64,000 bases of DNA, from the NCBI GenBank assembly GCA_017999435.1, contig JAGNLV010000001.1:1022746-1086745 (forward strand), given 5' to 3'. Made by a program: the position numbers and the translations under genes. Below are positions 8,153-18,106 of the stretch, piece after piece; positions within the stretch are counted from its first letter, which is position 1; each line of letters starts with the position of its first letter. Under the pieces are notes generated by a model, which saw nothing but the letters and a program-made list of their open reading frames with translations, was not told the origin of the DNA and searched no databases. Source of the DNA: Candidatus Zixiibacteriota bacterium. Its GTDB lineage: Bacteria; Zixibacteria; MSB-5A5; GN15; FEB-12.

Positions 8153-9508
8153 TTACATTCGCTTGCGTGGTTGTTGCGGAGACCGGCGCAATGCGGCGGC
8201 AAGGCGCTCAACCTCAGGTATGGCGCGGGCGAAGAACTTCTTGAACCCGCGGCAGAGATAATTCAGACCTGGTTCCCCCCCGGCCGTTCGAATGATCCGG
8301 TTCTTCGGGCACTCGCCCCAGCAATCGGTCAAGTAAGGACAATCCCGGCACCACGGCGGCAGGGTTTCGCTCTTGGCATAGCCAAACCGCGCCTGTGCGC
8401 GCGAGAACACCAGGTCGACGAGCGATGTTTCGCCGATGCTGCCCAGCCGGTACTCCGGGTAGACGTAGTGATCGCAGGCGAACACCGCCCCGTCGTGCTC
8501 CACCGCCACGCCCTTGCCGCAAAACTCGCCGTAAAGGCACAGTTGTGAGCCCCGGCCCAGGCGCTGCGACACGAGCGTTTCGAAGTGGTTGACCAGCACC
8601 TTCCCGAAGTCGCGGTTCAGCCACTCATCCAGGGTCCGGCACAGGAAGTAACCCCAGTCCTCGGGATCGACCGACCAGTCGGTTACAATCGAATCCGGAT
8701 GCCCCGGTCGAGCTGCTGCCTCACCATCTCTCGGCAGCGCGTCGTTGTGCCACCTGTGCGGGGCGGTCAGCTCAAATCCCCTGTACTCGACGACGGGAAT
8801 GAACTGCATATAGGTGGATCCGACCTCATGCCGCAGGAAGCGATAAACGTCCAGCGGGCGCCGGGCGTTCATCCGATTGATGCACGTCAGCGTGTTGTAC
8901 GGAACGCCGTAGCGCCTGAGAAGCATCGCGGCTCGAAACACTCTGTCGAAGGTCGGTCGGCCTGTTCTAGTGACCCGGTACGTGTCGTGGAGCTCCCGCG
9001 GGCCGTCTATGCTCAGCCCAACCAGAAACCGATTCTCCTTGAGAAATTCGCACCACTCCTCCGTGATCAACGTGCCGTTGGTCTGAAGATCATTCTCGAT
9101 ACGCTGACCGGGCCGGGCGAATTGCTTTTCCAGGGCGACGACCCGGCGGAAGAAGTCCAGGCCGAGCAGCGTCGGCTCGCCGCCTTGCCAGGAAAAGACA
9201 ACTTCATCGCCGGTCACGCCTTCGATGTACTGCTGAATGAGCCGTGCCAGCATCTCCTGGGACATCCGCCCCCTTCCGGGCCCCCCGGGCAAATGCGCCT
9301 TGCTCAGATAGAAACAGTAGGCGCAGCCGAGATTGCAGGCCGATCCGATTGCCTTGATCATGCAATGGAACCGCCGCCGGCTGCCGCGACTCACCGCCAG
9401 GTGCGGCGCATCGTATCTGTCCAGCAGCCAGGGAGCCTCAGCGGGGTCGGCTACGTTGAATCCGTCGGGAAGTGACGGGTGCTTCTTGTCAGCGTCGGGC
9501 ACAACCAC
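8153..9508 (-). CDS. anaerobic sulfatase-maturating enzyme (radical SAM/SPASM, AtsB/anSME type)
   Basis: FHCMIKAIGSACNLGCAYCFY (CxxxCxxC radical-SAM cluster). The C-terminal Cys-rich SPASM region is ...CLYGEFCGKGVAVEHDGAVFACDHY...CRDCPYLTDCWGECPK. The GTG start at 9508 is uncertain. Confidence 0.9.
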   Translation of the reverse strand: MVVPDADKKHPSLPDGFNVADPAEAPWLLDRYDAPHLAVSRGSRRRFHCMIKAIGSACNLGCAYCFYLSKAHLPGGPGRGRMSQEMLARLIQQYIEGVTGDEVVFSWQGGEPTLLGLDFFRRVVALEKQFARPGQRIENDLQTNGTLITEEWCEFLKENRFLVGLSIDGPRELHDTYRVTRTGRPTFDRVFRAAMLLRRYGVPYNTLTCINRMNARRPLDVYRFLRHEVGSTYMQFIPVVEYRGFELTAPHRWHNDALPRDGEAAARPGHPDSIVTDWSVDPEDWGYFLCRTLDEWLNRDFGKVLVNHFETLVSQRLGRGSQLCLYGEFCGKGVAVEHDGAVFACDHYVYPEYRLGSIGETSLVDLVFSRAQARFGYAKSETLPPWCRDCPYLTDCWGECPKNRIIRTAGGEPGLNYLCRGFKKFFARAIPEVERLAAALRRSPQQPRKRM

Positions 9509-9588
9509 CTCTCAGAATGCTGTCGCAACTCTCCTCGGCCAGCGCCAATCCGCCTCGTTTTCTCTGCCGGTCCGCTCAAAGTCCGGCG

Positions 9589-10419
9589 TCAGAAATTGAC
9601 GGCTAGAAAGATGCCCGCGCCAAACTCGTCGGCATCGTACAAGTACCAGTCTGCATCACCCTTATCGTCATTTTCATAGTCAATCGCGGTATATGAGAGA
9701 TTCGGGCCAAACGAAAAATGCGGCGTCGGGGTGAAAGGCAGGCTCGTCGTAAAGTAGAAGGTTCCGTCCGAACCTCCGAAGACGGCGTCGCCGCTCGCAG
9801 TCCAGGTGAATCTGGGCGTCAGCCGGTAGCTGATTGTTGCACCGACGAGCGCGTCGGTCCACTTATAATCCCGACCCCGGAAGATCGGTGTAGACTCGTC
9901 TCCCTGAGTCACCACGAAGTCGGCGTTGATTTCATGCCTCAGGTAGCGTAGTCCGGCGTACGGGGTGAAACTGAATTTCATCTTTTTGTCGCGGTAGACG
10001 GTGCGGCCAAGCGTAATCTTGCCGTTCGTGACGTTGAACTCCACATCAACATCCAGGGTTCCGCCCCCGACCTCGGGCGGGAGATCTACTCTGCCGTCTC
10101 CGCCCAGTGTGAACACACCGAGGGAGTACTGGATTATCCACGTACCGTCAGTTGCGTACCCGGCAAAGCCGAACGCAGATTCCAAGACATCGCTGATGTC
10201 ATCCGGATCGAGGTCGAGGTCGTACTGAACCGGTCCGTAGTTGATGACGGTGTAGCCCTGTTCCCCCTGGATATTCATGAACGTGAAGCCGGTGCCGACG
10301 CCGAAGAACCAATGCTCGGCGTGCGCCGGCGAGCCGCCCAACAGCAGCAGGGCCGCGCCCGCTACGATGACCGCGCGCATGACGGCCGCTAGCATGCAGG
10401 TAGTACGATTGCTGTCCAT
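9589..10419 (-). CDS. outer-membrane beta-barrel protein, unknown family
   Basis: ATG 10419 with GGAGG 8 nt upstream. Signal peptide ...AVIVAGAALLLLGGSPAHA. Amphipathic beta-strand pattern, C-terminal ...GAGIFLAVNF. Confidence 0.7.
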   Translation of the reverse strand: MDSNRTTCMLAAVMRAVIVAGAALLLLGGSPAHAEHWFFGVGTGFTFMNIQGEQGYTVINYGPVQYDLDLDPDDISDVLESAFGFAGYATDGTWIIQYSLGVFTLGGDGRVDLPPEVGGGTLDVDVEFNVTNGKITLGRTVYRDKKMKFSFTPYAGLRYLRHEINADFVVTQGDESTPIFRGRDYKWTDALVGATISYRLTPRFTWTASGDAVFGGSDGTFYFTTSLPFTPTPHFSFGPNLSYTAIDYENDDKGDADWYLYDADEFGAGIFLAVNF

Positions 10420-10516
10420 GGTGTGAGCCTCCATTCGCTGAAAAGTTGTGGTACCCGGCGTCCCAGAGAATCGTGACTTCCGGTCTTGGCTTCCGATGTA
10501 TCGCAGAAGCTTTGGT

Positions 10517-11968
10517 TCACGGTTGCCCGCGGAGCTTGATGCCCTCCTCGATCCGAAATGATTCGGCGGCCGCGGCGTCCAGCCAGCTGCCGGCCAGCGC
10601 CTGGTGGAGAGCGATGACGCTCTTGTGGAGGTCCGCTGTGGTTTGGGTGTAGGCGAGCACGGTAGCGAAGAGCGCCCGTTCGGCATCGAGGACCTCGAGA
10701 TAGCTGGTCACGCCCTCGTCAAAGCGCATGCGGGCGAGGCGCGCGTAGGTGGCGAGGGCGGCGACGCGTTTACCCTCCGCCTGGAGCTGCTCGTTCGTGC
10801 AGCGGCGCCGCACGAGAGCGTTTTCGGTGTCGCGGAAAGCGTTGTGCACGGCCTCGACGTAGGCATAGAGCGCCTGTTTCTGCCGGCCCTCGGCCGCCTT
10901 GACCTGCCCCTTGATCTCGCCGAATCGAAATATCGGCGCGAGAACATCGCCCCCGACCCGCCACGTGCGCGTGTCGGAATTGACCAAATCGGAGAGATCG
11001 TCGCTCGCGTAACCGAGCAGCCCCGACAGCGAAAGGGAGGGGAAGTAGAGCGCCCGGGCCACGCCGATCCGGGCGTTGGCGGCGCGCAGCTGCTCCTCGG
11101 CGAAGCGGATGTCGGGCCGGCGCTCGAGGAGTTCGGACGGCAACCCGACGGGCACGGCGGGCGGCGCGAGATCCTCGAGCGTCTTCCCGCGCGCCACCGG
11201 ACCGGGGTTGCGGCCGACCAGGCAACTGATCATGTTTTCCAGGAAGGCGATGTTCTCCTCGATGAGCGGGATCTGCGACATGGCAAGCCAGTACTCCGCC
11301 TCGGCCTGGCTGAAGATGAGATCCGACAGATCCCCCTTTTCGCGCCGCACCTCGAACAGATCGAGCGCCTCCCGCCGGGTGAGGGCCGTCTGGCGCGCAA
11401 TCTCAAGTTGCCAATCCATCGAGAGCAGGTCGACATAGGTGCTCGCGACGAGGGCGACCGTGGTCAGCACCACGCCGCGGCGCGCCTCTTCGGTCGCCAG
11501 CAAGTCGGCCCGCGCCGCCTCGGTGGCCCGGCGGAGCTTGCCCCACAAATCAATCTCCCAGTCGGCCGCGAGATTCACCTGAAAGCGGTTGCGGGTGGAC
11601 TCGAGACCGCGGCCGGCCTCGTCCGACAAGAGCTGCCCGCGCGAGGCCGCGCCGGCGGCTCCGAGCTTGGGAAAGAAATCCGACCGGGCCACGCCGTACC
11701 GGCCCATGACTTCCTCCACCCGGGCGGCCGCGATCCGGACATCGGCGTTTTCCTGCAGGGCGGCGGCGATGAGATTGGTCAGAACGGTGTCGCCGAACAG
11801 GCCCCACCAGGCGGTCTCAGAGCGCACCGCGGCGGTGTCGGCCGCGAAAACGGAGTCGGGATTCTGCCACCGCCCGGGTGTCTCGATCTCCGGCCGGACA
11901 TAATTGGGGCCGACCGCGCATCCGGCCACGAGGGCCGCCGAGAACCCGGCCATGAGGAATTTCATCAT
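10517..11968 (-). CDS. efflux outer-membrane factor lipoprotein (NodT/TolC family)
   Basis: MMKFLMAGFSAALVAGCAVGPNYVRPE (lipobox plus the typical NodT N-terminus). Its ATG overlaps the pump stop (ATGA at 11965-11968). Confidence 0.9.
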   Translation of the reverse strand: MMKFLMAGFSAALVAGCAVGPNYVRPEIETPGRWQNPDSVFAADTAAVRSETAWWGLFGDTVLTNLIAAALQENADVRIAAARVEEVMGRYGVARSDFFPKLGAAGAASRGQLLSDEAGRGLESTRNRFQVNLAADWEIDLWGKLRRATEAARADLLATEEARRGVVLTTVALVASTYVDLLSMDWQLEIARQTALTRREALDLFEVRREKGDLSDLIFSQAEAEYWLAMSQIPLIEENIAFLENMISCLVGRNPGPVARGKTLEDLAPPAVPVGLPSELLERRPDIRFAEEQLRAANARIGVARALYFPSLSLSGLLGYASDDLSDLVNSDTRTWRVGGDVLAPIFRFGEIKGQVKAAEGRQKQALYAYVEAVHNAFRDTENALVRRRCTNEQLQAEGKRVAALATYARLARMRFDEGVTSYLEVLDAERALFATVLAYTQTTADLHKSVIALHQALAGSWLDAAAAESFRIEEGIKLRGQP

Positions 11969-14900
11969 ACGCCTGCTCCTTTCTCTGCGGCCCCGGCGCC
12001 GTCGTCGCAACGCCGGGCGGGCTCGGGGGACCTCTCGCGCACGAAGTATTTTTGCACCACGACGTACAGCATCGGGATCAGGAATATCCCCAGGCTGGTG
12101 GCGACGAGCAGGCCGGCGAAGACCGCCATCCCCATCACCTTGCGCGCCTCGGCGCCCGCCCCCGCGGCGAGCACGAGCGGTACGACGCCGAGAATGAAGG
12201 CGAAGGAGGTCATCAGAATGGGGCGCAGGCGGAGTTTGGCGGCCGCCAGGGCCGCCTCGACGGTCGGCAGACCCTTCTCCTTCTGCATCTTCGCAAACTC
12301 CACGATCAGAATGGAGTTCTTCGCCGCCAAACCGATCAGCGTCACAAAACCGATCTGCGCGAAGACGTTGTTGACGTACGTGGTATCGACCATCCGCGAC
12401 ACCCAGAGCCCGGTCATGGCGCCGAAGATGGCGAAGGGCGTGGCGAGGAGCACGCTCAGCGGCAGCGACCAGCTCTCGTACTGGGCGGCCAGGATCAGGA
12501 AGACGAAGACGAGGGCCATGACGAAGACAACTCCGCCCGTGCCGGCCGCCTTCTTCTCCTGGTAGGACATGTTCGCCCAGTCGTAACCCCAGCCGGCGGG
12601 GAGGACGTCCGCCGCCACCTCCTCGAGCGCGGCCAGTGCCTGGCTCGAACTGTAGCCGGCCGCCGGACCGCCCATCATCTCCGCCGATCGGTACAGATTG
12701 AAGCGGTTGGTGTACTGGGGACCCGAAACCGGTTTCATGGTCACCAGGGTGCTCAGCGGCACCATCTCGCCGTTCTTGTTGCGGACATAGAAAAGTCCGA
12801 GATCCCACGTCTCGTTGCGGTACTCGCCCTCGGCGGCCAGGTACACCTTATAGACCCGGCCGAACCGGTTGAAGTCGTTGATGTAGTTTGCCCCGAGGAG
12901 CGATCCCAGGGTGGTGTTGACGTCGGCGATGCTCACGCCCAGTTTGAGCGCCTTGTCGCGATCCACCTCGGCGTACATCTGCGGGACGCCGGCGCGGTAG
13001 AAGGTCGCCACGCGGCCGATTTCGGGGCGCTGGCGCGCCGCCGCCGCAAATTGTTCGGCCATGGCGGCCAGTTCCTGCGGCGACCCGCCGGTCATGTCCT
13101 GCAGCATGAAGGTGAACCCGGCGCCGGTGCCGAGGCCCTGGATGGCCGGCGGCCCGAACGCGAACACCGCCGCCCCGGGGATCTCGCGGGCAAAGCGCTG
13201 GTTGAGCGCCGCCACCAGACCAAACGAACTCTCCTCCCCGGTCGTTCTCTCCTCCCAGGGCTCAAGCGAAACGAAAAACGTGCCCACGTTGGAACCGGGC
13301 GCCTGGGAACTGATGCTGTAACCGGCCACCGCCGTGTAGTTGGCGACCCCCCGCGTCTCTCCGAGGATCGCCTCGATCTTCCGACAGACGGCGTCGGTGC
13401 GCTCCAGCGACGCGGCGTCGGGGAGCTGGACGGTGATGAGGAAGTAGCCGTTGTCCTCCTCGGGCACGAAACCGGTGGGAACGCCCTTCAGGAGGAGCGC
13501 CGTGGCCGCCAGCAGGATGCCGATGAAGACCACGCCGCGCATCACCTTGCGCACGAGGATGCCGGTGACGGAGAGGTAGCCGCCGGTGAACCGGCCGAAA
13601 CCGCGGTTGAACCAGTCGTAGAAACGCTGCAGCGGCGACCGCCGCCCCTGGCCCTTGGGCCGCAGCAGCTTCGCCGCCAGAGCCGGACTCAGGGTCAGAG
13701 CGTTGAAAGCCGAGAAGAGCACCGAGATCGCGATCGTGATGGCGAACTGCTGGTACAGCTGGCCGGTGATCCCGCCGATGAGGGCCACCGGAATGAACAC
13801 CGCGGTCAGGATGAGGGCGATAGCAACAACCGGTCCCGACACCTCCTCCATCGCCTTCAGCGTCGCCTCCTTCGGCGGCAAACCCTCCTCGATGTGGTGC
13901 ATCACGGCCTCGACGACCACGATAGCGTCGTCGACCACGATGCCGATCGCGAGCACCAGCCCCAGCAGCGACAGCGTGTTGATGGAGAACCCGAGGAGGG
14001 GAAACACCATGAAGGTCGCCACCAGGGACACCGGCACGGCGATCAGCGGAATGAGCGTGGCCCGCCAGTTCTGCAGGAAGAGGAACACCACCAGGATCAC
14101 GAGCAGCACCGCCTCAAACAGCGTGTGGACGATCTCGTTGATCCCCTCCTCCACTGCCCGCGTGGTGTTGAGCGTAATCTCGTGCACGAGGTCGGGCGGA
14201 AAGCGCTGCGCGAGCTCCTCCATCGTCTTGCTCACGCTCTCCTCGACCGCGAGGGCGTTGGAACCGGGGAGCTGGTACACGCCGATGACGGCGGCCGGCT
14301 TGCCGTTGTTGCGGCTCGTCTGGCCGTACATGAGAGTCCCCAGTTCGATCCGGGCGACGTCGCGCAGGCGCACCTGAGAACCGTCGGGATTGGTGCGGAG
14401 CACGATGCGGCCGAACTCCTCTTCGTTGAACAGCCGGCCCTGGGTGCGCACGGTGTAGGTGAACTCCGTCCCCGGCGGCGCCGGGGGAGCGCCGAGCTGG
14501 CCGGCCGGGCTGATGACGTTCTGTTCCTGAACGGCCCGCACGAGGTCCGACACGGTCAGCCCGAGCCGCGCCAGGGCATCGGGCCGGACCCAAATGCGCA
14601 TCGCGTAGTCGCCGCCGCCGAAAAGCTTGACGTCGCCGACACCGTTGATGCGGCTCAGCCGGTCGTTGATGTTGATAGCCGCATAGTTGCTCAAGAAGAT
14701 ATTGTCGTAGGACTCCTCGGGCGAGGTCAGGGCCACCAGGAGCAGGGGGAACACGAGCGACTTCTTGGTCGTGACGCCATAGTTCTTCACGGCCGGGGGT
14801 AGCGACGCCTGGGCCTGCGACACCCGGTTCTGGGTGAGCATGTTGGCGACGTCCAGGTCGGCGCCGACCTCGAACGACACCTGCAGCGTCATCATGCCGT

Positions 14901-15153
14901 CGCTCGTGTTGATAGACTTCATGTAGATCATGTCCTCCACGCCGTTCACCTGCAGCTCGAGCGGCGTGGCCACCGACTGCTCGACATCGATAGCCGAGGC
15001 GCCCACGTAAGTGGTGGCGATGTTGATCATGGGCGGGACGATGTCGGGAAACTGCGAGATCGGGAGGCCGCGCATGACGATCAAGCCGACGAGGACCATG
15101 ACAATGGCGATGACCATCGCGACGATCGGGCGGTTGACGAAGAATTTCGACAT
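11965..15153 (-). CDS. RND multidrug efflux permease (AcrB/HAE1 family)
   Basis: 1062 aa. MSKFFVNRPIVAMVIAIVMVLVGLIVMRGLPISQFPDIVPP..., 12-TM RND architecture throughout. Confidence 0.95.
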   Translation of the reverse strand: MSKFFVNRPIVAMVIAIVMVLVGLIVMRGLPISQFPDIVPPMINIATTYVGASAIDVEQSVATPLELQVNGVEDMIYMKSINTSDGMMTLQVSFEVGADLDVANMLTQNRVSQAQASLPPAVKNYGVTTKKSLVFPLLLVALTSPEESYDNIFLSNYAAININDRLSRINGVGDVKLFGGGDYAMRIWVRPDALARLGLTVSDLVRAVQEQNVISPAGQLGAPPAPPGTEFTYTVRTQGRLFNEEEFGRIVLRTNPDGSQVRLRDVARIELGTLMYGQTSRNNGKPAAVIGVYQLPGSNALAVEESVSKTMEELAQRFPPDLVHEITLNTTRAVEEGINEIVHTLFEAVLLVILVVFLFLQNWRATLIPLIAVPVSLVATFMVFPLLGFSINTLSLLGLVLAIGIVVDDAIVVVEAVMHHIEEGLPPKEATLKAMEEVSGPVVAIALILTAVFIPVALIGGITGQLYQQFAITIAISVLFSAFNALTLSPALAAKLLRPKGQGRRSPLQRFYDWFNRGFGRFTGGYLSVTGILVRKVMRGVVFIGILLAATALLLKGVPTGFVPEEDNGYFLITVQLPDAASLERTDAVCRKIEAILGETRGVANYTAVAGYSISSQAPGSNVGTFFVSLEPWEERTTGEESSFGLVAALNQRFAREIPGAAVFAFGPPAIQGLGTGAGFTFMLQDMTGGSPQELAAMAEQFAAAARQRPEIGRVATFYRAGVPQMYAEVDRDKALKLGVSIADVNTTLGSLLGANYINDFNRFGRVYKVYLAAEGEYRNETWDLGLFYVRNKNGEMVPLSTLVTMKPVSGPQYTNRFNLYRSAEMMGGPAAGYSSSQALAALEEVAADVLPAGWGYDWANMSYQEKKAAGTGGVVFVMALVFVFLILAAQYESWSLPLSVLLATPFAIFGAMTGLWVSRMVDTTYVNNVFAQIGFVTLIGLAAKNSILIVEFAKMQKEKGLPTVEAALAAAKLRLRPILMTSFAFILGVVPLVLAAGAGAEARKVMGMAVFAGLLVATSLGIFLIPMLYVVVQKYFVRERSPEPARRCDDGAGAAEKGAGV

Positions 15154-15156
15154 AGG

Positions 15157-16329
15157 TCAGCGCCCTCCGCCGCCCGCGAGGGAATCCGCCGGTATCTCGA
15201 CCGGCCGGACCGGCATATCGGGACGGACGCGCTGCTGGCCCTCGACGATGACTTTCTCGCCCGCCGCCAGCCCGCGGTCGATCACGGTGAAGGGGCCGGC
15301 CGAGGGCCCGACCGCGACCCGGCGCACCGCCACCTTGTTGTCTGCGCCGACCGTGAACAACATTTGCTGCCCCTGGAGTTCGGTCACGGCCCGCGCCGGC
15401 ACCACGACAGCGTCCTTGCGCATCCCGACCTCGGCGACCACCCGCGCAAACTGGCCGGGCCGCAGGAGGCGCTCCGGGTTGGGATAGAGCGCCTCAAGCT
15501 GCAGCGTCCCGGTGGCCGGATCGATCTCGCGCTGCCCGACGCTGACGCTCCCCACATGGGGGTAGCGGGTGCCGTCAGACAGGATCAGGCGCAGGGGGAA
15601 ACGCTCGCGCGCCGGCGGACCGTCGGGCGTGGCCTGCAGCCGCCGAGCCAACTCCAGATACTCGTTTTCCGTAATGGAGAAGCGGACGCGGACCGAATCC
15701 ACGCGGGAAACGGTGTTGAGGATGACGGGGCTGGGCGGACGGCCGACCAGGTCGCCGACCCGCGCGGCCGACAGGCCGATCAGGCCGTCGATAGGCGCCG
15801 TGATCGTGGCATACCCGAGCTCGATCTCGGCCAGGCGGAGAGCCGCCCGGGCCGCCTCAACCTCCCCTTGCCGTGCACCGTATTCGGCCAGAACCGCCTC
15901 CAGGTCCCGCTGGCTCACCGCTTTGGCCTCCGCAAGAGGACGGTAGCGGTTGGCGTCGGATTCCGCCCGCACGAACATCGTCTGCGCCTCGGCCACCTTG
16001 GCTTTCGCCTGAACCACCTTCTGCTCCAGTTCGGCCGGGTCGATCGTGTAGAGGAGGTCCCCCTTCCTGACCTCGCTGCCTTCGCGGAAGTGAATGCTCT
16101 CCAGCCACCCGTCGACGCGCGCCCGGATTTCGATGTCGACAGCTCCGAGGGTCTGGCCGAGCCACTCGCGGCTGACGGGCACATCTTTGGTCGCGGCCAC
16201 TGCCACCCTGACCTCCGGCGGGCCGGCGGCAGGAACCCCTTCTTTCGTGCCGCAGCCACCGGCGCCGAGGGCCGCTGCGAAAGCGATCGCAGGGATCAAC
16301 AAGAGATAGTGCTTCCTCGCGCGAGTCAT
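15157..16329 (-). CDS. RND efflux membrane-fusion (periplasmic adaptor) lipoprotein
   Basis: ATG 16329 with AGGAGG upstream. Lipobox ...AAALGAGGC. HlyD/AcrA-like coiled-coil and beta-barrel regions. Located 3 nt upstream of the pump gene. Confidence 0.9.
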   Translation of the reverse strand: MTRARKHYLLLIPAIAFAAALGAGGCGTKEGVPAAGPPEVRVAVAATKDVPVSREWLGQTLGAVDIEIRARVDGWLESIHFREGSEVRKGDLLYTIDPAELEQKVVQAKAKVAEAQTMFVRAESDANRYRPLAEAKAVSQRDLEAVLAEYGARQGEVEAARAALRLAEIELGYATITAPIDGLIGLSAARVGDLVGRPPSPVILNTVSRVDSVRVRFSITENEYLELARRLQATPDGPPARERFPLRLILSDGTRYPHVGSVSVGQREIDPATGTLQLEALYPNPERLLRPGQFARVVAEVGMRKDAVVVPARAVTELQGQQMLFTVGADNKVAVRRVAVGPSAGPFTVIDRGLAAGEKVIVEGQQRVRPDMPVRPVEIPADSLAGGGGR

Positions 16330-17023
16330 CACGATGTCACCTCCTGGGCAAAGCGAATGGAGAGAAAAAACAGTGGTGGTAAGGCCAGCGAACGCAAGCC
16401 GGATGCGGTGAACGAAAGGCTGCGGCCGCCGGCGGCGCGATACCATGCGGCGCCGGCGCACGGGCGATCGGTCCCGAATGTTCCGGCGGGAAACAACTCA
16501 ATTCCGCCGAATGGCGCGCCGCCCCCTGCCCGCCCGGGCCCGGGCGGAACGGGATCACCATCGGGAGACCAAAGCAGCGCGTCGTGACATATCGTCGGCA
16601 GGCTCAGCGCCCGAATGACTTCGACGAAGGCCCGATGTGTTCGGTCACGCATCTGCGTTTCCTCGGAGAGCCGACTCTCACGATAATGACCATTGCCTTT
16701 GATGATATTATAGTCAGCATGCCACCGGCCTGCAAGTATGTTGTGGACAAACATCACTATTTTCGTTGCATATCGGGCATAGATGTTCGGTGACAATCTG
16801 CAGTCCCAATGCGAGCTCATGTCGGCGCAGTGATCTGATCGAGGCGACATCCGCCCGCCGATTCGCGGCGAGTGTACGAGGCTGCATGCTATATCGCCGG
16901 ACTGCGGGTCCTCCTGACCGCTCTAGCGGTAACCGAGAACGATCAGCGCGGAGTGATGCTGGAGGGGAAGCCGCGAGTGGAGCGGATTCTGGGGATTATC
17001 GGGGGAGCATCCAACTTGAGTAA

Positions 17024-17097
<74 letters not shown>

Positions 17098-17110
17098 ATC
17101 AACAGACCCC

Positions 17111-17138
17111 AAGATACCCCGCCAACCCCCGTTGTCAA
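17111..17138 (-). promoter_or_regulatory. sigma-70-type promoter for the initiator tRNA
   Basis: Minus strand reads TTGACA (17133-17138), 16 nt spacer, TATCTT (17111-17116), ending 13 nt before the tRNA 5' end. Confidence 0.5.
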
Positions 17139-17241
17139 GTCCGATTCTCGTGCGCTCGTCGATTTCTTGAGAAATGATGTCTCCTCCCGAACGCGCGCCG
17201 CCCCGCCCCGGTGCGCCCGTCCAAGTTGCGTGGCCCGCCGC

Positions 17242-18105
17242 CTATCCTTTCCCCGGACAGCCCAGGCAAAGGACACCTTCTCCCTCGGGCGCATACTCCT
17301 CGCCCGCATACATCCGCTCGGTGTGATAGTCAATCGCCTGCGCCCCGAGATCGTCCCACAGCCGCGCCCGAGATTCGGTCACGAGCGGGCAGCGCAGGAT
17401 TAGCGGCCGGTCGCTCTCTGCGAAGGCGGCGTCGCACAACGCGGCCGCCGTTTCCGCCGCATCCCCCGTCCCCGGGTCGATCACCCAGGGTCCCGCCTGC
17501 CTATTGGCCGCCGCCTTGGTGGCCCACAAGTACCCCGCGACCTTCCCCTCTTTCTCCGCCAGCCACCCCCGGTGCAGGGGATTGCGCCGCACGAGGTCGA
17601 GCACCCGGCGGCGGTCCTGTCCGAACATCCGCCGGTCCAGATCGGCGATGCGGACGAGATCATCGGCCGCGAAGCGCCGCACGGCCACGCTCGGCGAGGG
17701 CGCCGCGCCGCGGCGAGTTTTTTCGAGGCGGTAGTGCTGGGTGCGAAACTGTCTTTGAAACCCGATCCGCCGGTAGAGCGGCGCCGCCTCCACCACCGCT
17801 TCGAGCACGATCGAGCGCATCCCGCGCGCGATGCAGTACCCCATTCCCTGGCGCATGAGGCGTTCCCCGAGTCCGGCGCCGCGGCGCGCCGCCGCCACAT
17901 AGAGCCACCCCAGCCAGGCGGTCGTCTGGTAGCACAAAGCGGTCACCATCCCGACCGTCTCGCCCCCTTCGGCGAGCGCGAAACACCCTCCCGGTTCATA
18001 GGCGAGATAGTCCCGCAGGCGCGCCGTGAACCATTCCCGTTCGATTCCCGGTTCTTCCCGCAGCCGGAACTCCAGCCCTGCGATTGTCAGCGGCGCGATC
18101 TCCAT
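17242..18105 (-). CDS. GNAT-family N-acetyltransferase
   Basis: ATG 18105 lies 1 nt after the antiporter stop. The acetyl-CoA binding stretch is WLYVAAARRGAGLGERLMRQGMGYCIARGMRSIVLEAV...LYRRIGF. Confidence 0.8.
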   Translation of the reverse strand: MEIAPLTIAGLEFRLREEPGIEREWFTARLRDYLAYEPGGCFALAEGGETVGMVTALCYQTTAWLGWLYVAAARRGAGLGERLMRQGMGYCIARGMRSIVLEAVVEAAPLYRRIGFQRQFRTQHYRLEKTRRGAAPSPSVAVRRFAADDLVRIADLDRRMFGQDRRRVLDLVRRNPLHRGWLAEKEGKVAGYLWATKAAANRQAGPWVIDPGTGDAAETAAALCDAAFAESDRPLILRCPLVTESRARLWDDLGAQAIDYHTERMYAGEEYAPEGEGVLCLGCPGKG

Positions 18106-18106
18106 T

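Noticed and set aside
16329-16850. 173-aa ORF upstream of the efflux adaptor gene, considered as a possible regulator.
   Set aside because: It has no HTH or other recognisable motif and no RBS. Half of it is Gly/Ala/Pro-rich read-through of the adaptor upstream region. It is kept only as part of the unexplained-region finding.
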